Source: Sarea resinae (Eukaryota). Taken from it: a DNA stretch of 64,000 nt. This document shows positions 53,201-64,000 of the stretch, piece after piece. Positions within the stretch are counted from its first letter, which is position 1. The number at the start of each line of letters is the position of its first letter. Below the pieces are notes generated by a model. It was not told the origin of the DNA and did no database searches. It saw only the letters and a list, made by a program, of their open reading frames with translations. The position numbers and the translations under genes were made by a program. The DNA is taken from NCBI GenBank assembly GCA_026026165.1, contig JAPEUD010000008.1, forward strand, positions 62,001 to 126,000. Reading direction: 5' to 3'.

Positions 53201-55633
53201 GCAGAACGATTATGCTTCGACGTAGGTTTCACTCTCAGGCTGGTCAAGATGATGCTGAATTGCGCCCTCTTGCAATGCAATGCGCTTCGTATTGACTTCA
53301 GAGGCCTTGAACCCTCGACATTCGAGTGCTGGCGTATCATCCCAGCGCTGGATGCAGGATCATGGCGTTCTGGAGGATGTGTGCATCAAGCCGATGCCGA
53401 GCTACCGGCCCGTGAAGATTGGGAAGCCCGATATGCCCTAGTCCTAAATTTGGAATTGTGTCCTCCAATGTTAGTTCGCTACTCGGAGGTGCAGTATCAT
53501 GAGAACGGGGGGTTCATCCCTTCATCAAACGTGCACTCCCTATCCGGGCTTGTTCAGGTCGCACGAGACTTGAGCCTCAGCCCCTTCTCCGCCAGAAGCA
53601 GATCATGCCGGTTGCACGCCTTTCGAGACATGGCATCAGAAAAAGGGAGAAGCAGAGAGGCCCAACCCCAGCTAGTTTCTCGAACCTAGCAACAATATGC
53701 GTTCAGGACAAGGGTCGAGAGGTGCGAAGGGGGTTTTCTGCACGTTCTCAGGAGATGATGCACCAAATATCGAAGGAGATGGCCAAGTTGGGAACCCTCA
53801 GAAGAGGCTTTCCGGACGAGGAGCAAATCAAGGATAGGATTGGCGATATATGTTGAAAATAAGTCGGGCGATGAACGAGGACATATCGACGGGAGAAACG
53901 CATGCATCGATCGATCGGATCTTTCGCATACTTCCACCGCGGGGGAGACGAGCCGCTGCCGTCTGCTGCAGCGCTTGCGCTCTCTCCTTCCCCCAGCACT
54001 AATGCAAGCGTACAGATCCCTGGATGTTGAGATATTTCCAACCGGGCCTGTATCACGATACTACATCGAAGCATGTGCGGAGGCGCACGACAGCAAGCCG
54101 CAAACCGCACGGCTGTCCTGTGAGATGATGTACGGCATTTTGCCAATTCTGCTAATCAAATTGGTTGAAAGAAGGTGGAAGAGAAAGAGGAAGAAGAGGG
54201 AGAGTGGAGACGGAGTGCCTTGAGGGAGCAAACCAGGGAAAGCTGATCATGTAGCTAGCAATGAGGTGCCTGGCAGTAGCTCGATCAGGCATCAGGGCCG
54301 TCAGACCTGCAGCTCCACCTGCAGAGCAGCGGCAGCGGCAGCAGGAGCATCGTGATACCCCCATGATTCTCCCCGTCCAGCTGCCTGAGGAGAGCCTCCT
54401 GCAGCATCGAGTCTTGCCGATACATGCACGAAGCACAGAGATCAGGACGGCCATTCCATCCACCCGTGTATCGGTGAAGGGAAGGCCGGAACTGGCGTTT
54501 AGGATGCAGGATCGAAACCTCCAAGGTAAGCAAGTCGATGCAGGGCGCCTTCGAAATCGCACGGCCATCACGACATGAATTCCTCGGCCCGTCTATTGTC
54601 ATGTAGCCCTATTCCGGAGATGGGGGTGCACCATTTCGCAGTTTTGCGCCGTGACCATCAAAACAACAATGATCAGTGCCTGGCGCAATGTCGGTCAGGC
54701 AATACGAAAAGCGCTTCAGTCAAGACACGCAGAATAAGATATCACAAACTCCCTCCGAGGAACGAGGGGCATCAGTATGCCCTGTTTTGATCTCATCACT
54801 AGTGGCCTTGCTTACCTTTCTGTATGACCTCGCTCCGTCCATCATTTTCGATCGATCAGTGCTCTACCCCTCGCACCTTCTCATACTGACCACCTCAGAA
54901 ACATGAAGCGTTGCTTGAAAATATGTTAGATCAAGATTCTCTCGCCGCATTTGACAGTAATGTCGTCGAACCAGCCAATAGTGAATAAGTATTGTCTAAT
55001 TCTTCGGATAATGCTATTTCTAGACACAGTCCTAAAATCTCATAAAGATAATTATATTCTTTATCAAAACTCTTTGGGCTTCAGAACTTGCAACAACATG
55101 AGCAAGCTGATGGGCCCTATGTTCAGAGGGATTTCCAACATTCGAACGGCGACACTGTAAGGACCAGTAAATAGGCAAACCTGTTCCTATGTGAGCCATC
55201 CAAAAAGACTACTATAACCCGGCTCGTCCGGGCTATGCCTATTTGCCTACTATATAGCAGCGCGCCTCACCAGACACTGATAAAAAGATTTATCATGAGA
55301 TATGTGGTTCAAGAGTAGAAAATCCATTTGTTCAATAGCTATCTGACCAGAATTCATTGCAAAACTACATAGAGTACAGAAAGTAACCACCAAGGCGCTC
55401 GACGACGCCGCCGTCGAGCGAGCTGTTGGACAATGAATCATCGCAAGATCTGCCAAATCACGCTGTGCACCGATGCGGAACAACTTGTATGGTAGAAAAG
55501 AGACATAGGAGAAGAGAAAAAAAACAAACATATTTACATCAACGTAGCATCATATTCGAATATCGATCGGCTACCGATATCCAAATGATCCATAGCAACT
55601 GATAGTCAAGTTCATACCCTAGCCCATCCATAT

Positions 55634-58600
55634 CTAAGCAGAAGAGAGATATTTCAATACACTCTCCTTCTCCTCGACCGGTAGCATTGATAGCACCTGA
55701 GCAACACCCTTCAAGCCACCCTCCTTATTGCCTCTCAAGAGCGCCGCAATGTCCGAGGCCACACCTTCTGACTTGACTTTCTCAACCTTGCCAAGGACCT
55801 CTTTTCTATTCTCTTCGTACCACATGGCAACAGCGCGATCATCGAGCTCAAAGTTGGGAACCCCAGACCAAGCCTTAAGAAGTTCCATATTACGCTCACG
55901 CGAAGAGGCACCCCTTAGAGATGCAGAGTTGATCTTGCGGATGATGGACTCTTCGTTGATTCTCCGCCTCAGACGCCAATAGAAGAAGCGGCGAGCCTCA
56001 CGCCACCTCAGAGACTGACGAATGACACCCTTAGCCTTCATGCGGCCCGCGCGATCGTGAAGATCGGCGAACTGAAGAGAGATCTGCGTGTATACAGGAA
56101 GCAACAGCGATTCTCTCTCGGCCATCTTGACTTTGATGTCATTCTGTTGACTCTGGGAAAGATCCTTGTTTGCCAACGACCTCCTCAGGTCACCGTACGT
56201 CGGGTCCAGGCGAGCCATCGTTTCCAATTGCTTGTCTCGGCGGTACTTGATCCCAACAATTCCTTCTGGCTCGAGGACACCGCCACGAGCATCTTCGTCG
56301 GCGTACATCTCCATGCTCTCGGGATTAATGGTCGGATCCACAACTACCCAGGAGCCCCCACGTAGCTCACCAAAAGGTGGAATGTACACGAAGATAGGCT
56401 GCTCGAATTTGACCAATGCATCAACTATGTAGGACCCATACTTAAGGACCTCATTGAACATATCACGCTGGCCTCCAGAGAATCCTCTCCAGTTCGCGAG
56501 AATCATCAAGGGGAGCTGTTCACCATTGTTGAAGTCCTTGATGGCTTGCGCTGTCTTGAATGCCGAGTTCGGATACCAAACGCCACCGGCCTCATTCGTG
56601 ATCTGTTCCATGGAGTCGGGATTGGCAGGATCTGCAGGGGTGACATTTTCGACAGAGCGTATCTCGACGCCAATGACACCGATAGGAATACCCCCGAGAC
56701 GGGCTCGTCCAACGACGACTGTTCTAGCCCATCCTCCGAGTGACTCCCGGAATGATCCCTTGTCGAAGAGACCATGTAAGAAACCCTCGTCGTCTTCTTT
56801 GCCTTCTATCAACCATCTTACGTCGTAGGGCTCGCGATGTGGCGGATAGTAGGCCACATCACGATCCCAGGTATCGACAGATGGGAAGATTGGGACTGGA
56901 TTATTCCTCTTGTCCGGAACAAAAGATAGCCATTCCACGATTTTCGACACGCCCTCGAAGTCATCGTTGGCAGTCATGTGTGAAACTCCGTTCTTATACA
57001 TGATTTGAGTACCGCCTAGTTGTAGATTCGACGTGTACACCTCGCGTCCAAGGAGTTTATTGATAGCTGGAGCTCCGGTAAGAATGATCGGCTGACCTTC
57101 GATTTGGATGGCACGCTGGCCAAGACGGACAAGATAGGCGCCAATACCTAGCTCGAGTTAGAGTCTTTTAATTTTTTGGAAAATGAATTTGCTTACCAAC
57201 TGAGCGGCAGGTCACTAGCGTTATGGTGAAGATATCCTCATAGGCCCTTGAAGTAGCGCCTGCAATGAGACCTGAACCTTTCAGGCACTCAACACCTAGG
57301 CCATCTTCTGCACCCACAATTGTGACAATCTTGTGCCTCTCCTCGCCATCTTCGACGATGGGTTCGGTGATAACGTCTTGCTTTTTCCCGTCTTCAAATC
57401 GTTTCTTCATTTCTGAAGTCAGATACAAGTATTTGAAACCAGCCTCTGGCTTAGTCTGGTCATTCCAGGCAACCGAGAAGTGCGGAATGAGCTCTTCGGC
57501 CATACCGATGCGAGCTCCGGAATTGGCGGAGAGGTAGATCCTTGGGATTCCTAGCTTTCTTGCAAGCTCTGTGCACTTGAAGAAGAATTTATCCTCCTGT
57601 GGCCCGAATGAGCCAATCTTCCAAGTAATATCGTTGGCAACAATTATGAATCTCCGCCCTCGAGGGTATTCTGGAGTCTTCGCGGTGACAATCCACCCGA
57701 CCATACCATGGCTATTTGTGCCTGGCTCGCGAGAAACTTCTACGAGGTTGTCAGTGTCATCCAATACAAGTTCACTATAATCGATGCATTCCCCAGTTTG
57801 AGGTGCCTTGTCAGCGAGGAACGAATGCTGAGCTACAGCAGTGGTCCAGCTGTTCTGAATCGCCTGCCTGAAGAGCTCAGGGAAGTCGTAGACGTATTGA
57901 GTTCCCATAAGATGCGCACGATATCGCTTTGGTTGCAGTGCACCCTTCGTGGCGTATGGAGTGGAAACAGGACGAAGATGCATGGCCCCGATCTTGGTCG
58001 TTCCACCGATACTCTGGAAGATGGCCTCGCCACCCTTATCGGACTTTCTTTCTGCGTAAGTCTCAACTTGGATAATGAAGCCTGATGTATTCGTAATAAC
58101 AACACGAAGGGGATACGGCAGGCCAGTAGTAGGCTCTGTGCAGACGATCCTAATCTCCGCGCCTGTCACACGCAGTCTCCATGCACGACGACCAAATCGG
58201 TCGAGGAAGCCTCCTAGTGCTTCCTCCACCTCTCGCGGCTGCAGAGGGAAGACATGCGAGAAATTGATGAAGATATGGTTCAAGTCCGAGCCATTATTGC
58301 CAATGATTTCCAGGGCGTCAAGGATGTCGACCATCAATCTGTCAGCTTCGGAGATCAGATATTCAGCGGTGGGAATATCGTCCCGTAGACGCCCTGGTCT
58401 AACCACGGCTCGGGTGAAGTACCGCTTATCACTCTCAACGCCCTTCCCGTTGGCCTCGTAGACGTGGATATTGCGATTCTCGGTGAAAACGGGCTTGATG
58501 TGGAACTTTGATAACCTGAAAAGTTCGAGCTGGAAAGCTAAAGCAGGTTCGATATGCCGAATGCTCGAGTCCTCCTCATAGGCGGGCCCCCGGAAGGTAA

Positions 58601-61600
58601 AATATCCGGGGTACGTGCCATCCTTGTGACCACAAATGAATGTAAGTCTTCGAACTTTGCGAGCCAGGAGGTCGTCCTTGTATTCGTTGACGATGGGTGT
58701 GATTTTGGCCAAGATTTCGGTATCATCGGAAGTCTCGGCATCTCGGATAGCCACGTTGCAAACCGCAGTCAAAACGTCCTCGTTCTCGATCTTCGGCGGT
58801 GAATTCTTGCGCTTACCAAGGAGATCAGGAATAAGTCCACCATTGGAGTTCTTCTGCTTGCCATTGAATGACGGCAAAAGCTCCAATGCCCTCGTCAGGT
58901 AATCTTCGGCCTCGTCGAGGTACGGCACTGGAACAATGACACCCTTTCGCATTGGCTCCTCGTCATGCTTGTTGACAAGATATGACATGTCACTGATGGA
59001 ATTTATCCTCTTGAATGGGTTGCTGCTCTCAGAAGTCGGCGTGCCCGGCGTAGACGGATAAGTAGACTGTATCGGCATACCCACGTCATAGTGGCCCAGC
59101 TTTCGAAGCAGGAAATCCCATGAGACGACGAAGGGAGGCTCTTGCTCAATGTGATATTCGAGCTGCTCAAGCGAATACGCACGATAAGCGCGGCGTATAT
59201 AGACCTCCAATGCGGCAAGAGAGACCCAAGGGTCCTGATGCGCAAAGAAATGGGGAAGGACGTCGAAAACAGTGAATTTTGAATCCACCACTTCTCTTAT
59301 GACATCCAAATTCGGCTCTCGGTGATCCCAGCCAGTCTCGCCATACCTAGATTCAACCACGGACGACTTGAGAATGTGCTCCATTTGAGCCGCGCGCTCT
59401 TCCAAGGAAGGCAGCGCGCACTGAATAAGCACCTCGCGAGCTTTGAGAGCTACCTTGGCTGTCGCTCTCGATTCGAGCTCCGCAAGCTTCTTCAGGGTAG
59501 GGCGGAAGTACTTCCCAACATTCCCAGCGTTGGGCTTGTTCGGTCTATACATGTCCAAGATCGCCAGAACAAGGTTGTTCTTTGCACCGATCCTGCTGTG
59601 AGACAGGACAGTCATCAAGACGCTGAAAATGTCATCCTTGTGCTCTTCTCGTAGTTTCAAGACCACGTCCTCTTCTCTTGTGTTGCGACCGGAAAAGAGT
59701 CTCTCAACATTCCAGTAGTGATCAAGCAATGTTGTGAACACATCAAACTCGTGAACCTTCAGACCTTCGTTGTACCGTTCCATGACATCAACAAGCGGTT
59801 GTAAAGAGGACTTCAGCAATTCGCCATCATTTTGGTTGACGTTCTCGGCCAAAAAGCGCGTTAGAGCCTTGGATAATTGTTTGGCAGGGAATTCCGACTT
59901 GCGATGTTTTGCGCGCTCGATGGTCTGCGAGAACGTGTGCGAAAGCTTCTGGGGCATCCGCGCATGTAATGCCGAAAATTGCGCATTCCACTCGCCATAT
60001 GGCAGCTCTGGATCTCTGAGGACCTCGACCAGCTCTTTGAGGGTAGACGCCATAATGACTTGATTATCGAATCCCTGGAGGATGTTTTCCAAGATACCTG
60101 AGAGAAGACTGAAGCGCTGCGGCGGCTTGTTACCAACGACCTGTGGCGGGCCGGCATCTGGAAGTTGAGCCAAGAATGGTTGAGCATGCTTGACCCTCGA
60201 AGGGTCATCGAGTGCGAGGATGCCGAGAATGTCACCAGCTTGCAACGTGGCCCCAGGTTGCTTGATGAGCTGCACAGTACCATCCTCCTGGGCGATAAGT
60301 GGCATGTACATTTTCATGACTTCGACCTCAGCATAAGGCCGACCCGCCTTCACATGTTGCCCATTTTCCACGGTAAATTTGACAAGCTTACCCGGACTTG
60401 GCGATCGAAGCTGGGTTGGGTCATTTTCCTGCTCAAGCAGGCAAGTCTTGCCATCTACACTGAGCCTGGTAGCGCCGACCTCTTCCTTCCAGTAAACATT
60501 GTGACTCCGTCCACTGAGAAGAACCAAAAGTCCACCGTCGGCCAGAACCCTAACGCCAACAGAACATTTGGACCCGTTGATGAACAGATGGTAACTATCC
60601 AGGCTTGATCGTGTGGCAGTGAACTTGTAGCGATACCCCTCGTAGATGAAATCAATAGGGAACACAGTCTTTAGTGTATCCTTGGAAGGAACCTGACCCT
60701 TTTCGAGGCTCGTCCGATACTCCGTAATGCATAGCTCGCTGGCAAGGTGTGCTTTCGTTACAGCACCGCAGATCACGGCAAACACTGGATCGGGACGCTC
60801 AACTGTCAGCTTGTTTGAAATAAGCTCATCCAGCCAACCCGTCGTCATTTTGTTCTCTTCGAAAGCGGGAGTCTCGAGCAATTTGATAAGGTACTCGACA
60901 GTGGTTCGGAAGTCGCCTCGAATACTCAGCTCCTTCAGGGCAACGACCATGTGCTTCCGCGAAGCAGAGCGGTTCTCGCCGAAGGCAAAGATATGGCCAA
61001 ACTGACTATCCGAAAAGCTGTGAATGCCACCTGCGGTACCGACAGAGAAGTAACCCCAGACGTTTGAGCTACTTCGAAAGTTTAGCTCGTGCATTGTTCC
61101 ACTCGATGGCTTGAATCCTTCTCCAGGGTCCTCGGACGTTATTCGGCAAGCAGTGGTGTGTCCCCGCGGCTGCGGGCGCCTCTGGGTCCTCACACTAGTT
61201 TCATTCTCGAAGTGGAAGTCGATCTCTGATGTAGACTGAGGATCCACGCCATATAGAAGCCGAATGTCACGAACCCGGTGTAAGGGAATACCCATGGCAA
61301 TCTGAAGCTGCGCGGCGGGCAAGTTCACCCCACTGACCATCTCGGTTGTTGGATGCTCGACTTGTAATCGAGGGTTCAATTCCAGGAAGTAGAATTTGTC
61401 GTCTGCATGGGAATACAAATATTCCACCGTCCCGGCCGAAACGTAGCCTACCAGCTTGCCGAGTCTGACAGCAGCTTTCTCCATGGCTGCAAACGTCTCT
61501 GGCCTTGCTATCGTGACTGGCGCTTCCTCGATGATCTTCTGGTGTCTCCGTTGCACGGAGCAATCCCTGCCGAACAGAGAAATGTTATTTCCATACTGAT

Positions 61601-62756
61601 CGGCAAGTAGCTGAACCTCCAGATGCCTCGCATTACCAGCAAGCTTCATTATGAAAATTGGAGAGCCTGGAACCTCGCTTGCGGCGGCATTGTACAAAGT
61701 AATGAATTGATCTTCATCTTCAACCTTCCGGATGCCCTTGCCTCCACCGCCTTCGGAGGCCTTGACCATGACTGGAAATCCAATTTTCCGGGCTTTCTCT
61801 AGGCCTTCTTCAGGAGTATGGGTGCAGCCCTTCTCGTAAACGTCCTCGGAGACCGTAACAATTCCATTATCATCAACATGAACCTGGTCAACACCTTCAC
61901 CAGACCAAGGAATGCAAGGAACACGGGCATGCTGCGCAACAATGGTGGAAGAGATTTTGTCGCCCAAAGACCGCATCGCCGATCCAGGCGGGCCAATAAA
62001 GACGATCTTCGAGGCGGCTAACGACTCCGGCAGGGTAGGATTTTCCGAAGCATGACCCCTTCAAGGCACGTCAAAACTGTCCAAGCTCGCAATGGAAGGA
62101 AGAAACTCACCATCCTGCCCAAACGGCATGGACACCCATACGCTCCGCGATATCGACGATCAGCTCGACGTTTGCGTAATTGTTGTTGTTTGTGCCACCG
62201 GGGACCTAACGTGGATTGGGTTATTATGCGTCTGCCACAAGCTTGACTCGACTCGACTCAAAGTCCCCGCCCAATGGGCGCATTCTTGATGGGAGTCCAA
62301 GGGGAACTTACCTCGACGTACTGGTCCGCCATTCGAATATAGTCGGCATTTGCGTGCAAATCCTCTGGCGTGGCCATGACGGTGAATGAAATCGCCCGCT
62401 CGTCGCCAAATGTTTCGTACGCCCATTTTCGTACCGATCTGATCTCTTTGACGGCAGCGATACCATTGTTGGCAATGAGAACCTATGAGTCCACGGGTTA
62501 GCTCAATGTCGGAGGGAATTTTCTGGAAGGCTGGATATCGGATAAAACTCACCGAGGTGATAACGGTGTGGCCATCGTGACTTGCCACGAAATCCTTCAC
62601 CGGACCGGCAGGCGCCGCAGACAATTCATTCCCGCCAATGAAGTGGGAGGGTATGTCATGCTTCGAAGAATATGAATTGGATGTGCCTTTTGTTCCATTG
62701 GTGATAGGGACCGTCACGCCATTCGTGGTGAGCGGCTCCTGACCTTGTCCGCTCAT
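55634..62756 (-). CDS. ACC1: Acetyl-CoA carboxylase
   Basis: [54 protein letters not shown], biotin site EVMKM, CT domain [20 protein letters not shown]. Introns 62483-62552, 62206-62311, 62059-62110, 57148-57196. Confidence 0.98.
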
Positions 62757-64000
62757 GCTGACGTCGGAGATAATTGTGAGATCTCGTTCAGGAGGAAGCC
62801 GAGTGGCCGAGGCAGGAAAGTGATGATGCCGAACCAGATGCTCGTCACGATGACTGCTTCCAATATTGATGGCGGACGGGAAGTCTCCAATGATCGTGCG
62901 TGAGGGCTGGCGAGGGACCTAAAGCAGCAACTGGGAGAAGAGCTGCTCATCAAGGTGCACCATCTGGATGATGTTGAAGACGAAGGGTAGGGTGTGATGT
63001 ATTAGGATGATGACAGAGAATTGGATGGAGGAGGGGGATGGAGATGATCAGGATCTGTCGAGATCTATATCGGGTCTCTCACTCTGACTTCCGTGTGTAA
63101 CGGCAAGAAAGTGTACTCGGAGTAAGAGGAGAAGAAGGTGTGGCAGTTGGTGGAGGTGGATGGTCAATTGAGGTTCGAGAATCTGAGAGTCGAGTTTCGG
63201 TTTAGGTTGGTTCAGCTACTCTACACACCGTAGGTACCTTAGGTAGTACTCGAGCAAAGCTAGGTCGGGTAGGTACTGAAGTAAGGTAGGTAGGTCAGGT
63301 AGGGTAGGGTACCTCAGGGCTGTGGATGAACGTGCCTGGGACCAGACGGGCTTAGCTTGGGCAAGCTGTTGAGCATTTGGCATCCACGGATCTCTCGTCA
63401 GCCAGTAGTGAGAGCGTCGAGGGGATCTCATTTGCTCCAGCGCTGCTCTGTGCTGCTCTTCGTTGAATGATGACTTCGCCTATATTGCCCCAGGGGGTAT
63501 GGTGTCCCGGAGCCACAGCCTGTACCGAGTGGCCATCTGCCTGCGGTACTATGTACCATCCGTGTCCGCCCTCCACCCTTTTCCTGCGGTCAGGGCCTGC
63601 CTCGGGTACCTCCCGTACAGGTACCCAGTACCTCGGTCGCGAAAGCGCTGCCACATTCCCCATGCACCGATCAGGCTAACCCGCCAGACCAGCCAGACCA
63701 GGCCCAACGAAGTGGAAATCAATATCTTTTGGAAGTACGGGAGACCACCACTTTCCTCCTTCGTCCATGCTCCACCCTCAGATTGGATTATTGCCATGCT
63801 CCATGACACCTGCGTCGCTGCGTGTTGAGGGTCTAACGATGTACACCCACGACGGGAGTTACTTCTCGTGGTGGTCACTCTCTCACTTCACTTGCCCGTG
63901 AAATATGCCGCTTGTCTACTCCTCCTGCACACGAGAAAGGGATATACAACGATAAGGTCCGTAGAGAAGAGGAAGAAAAAAGAAGCTGGAAAGAAGCACC

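Noticed and set aside
53138..54790. Several 100-180 aa ORFs in the intergenic region
   Set aside because: No domains, no codon bias and no consistent splice chain that I could establish.

Overview
Eukaryotic nuclear DNA from a filamentous ascomycete (Pezizomycotina-type short GT-AG introns with CTRAC branch points). The first ~38 kb is a housekeeping block: Ubp12/UspA deubiquitinase, Snx41/Atg20 sorting nexin, Trm732/THADA, Tim23, SconB/Met30, Atg17, and divergent RIO1 and SMC3. It is interrupted by accessory material: a disrupted secreted two-domain Cys-rich (MCL1-N-like) gene, small single-TM ORFs and a ~750-aa orphan. An arylamine N-acetyltransferase follows, then a ~15 kb microsatellite-rich region holding only a TALE/KN homeobox gene (Cup9/Tos8-like), then acetyl-CoA carboxylase ACC1. 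I saw no tRNA, rRNA, CRISPR array or intact transposon. Best leads: (1) an ATG-less, NLS-bearing N-terminal extension of Ubp12 opening at ACG codons in a start-like context; (2) a pseudogene with apparent CAG>TAG changes at Gln positions plus a frameshift; (3) a hydrophobic uORF whose stop overlaps the ACC1 start codon; (4) neighbouring unannotated single-TM micropeptides. Exon boundaries were read by hand and family names come from motif recognition, not database searches.
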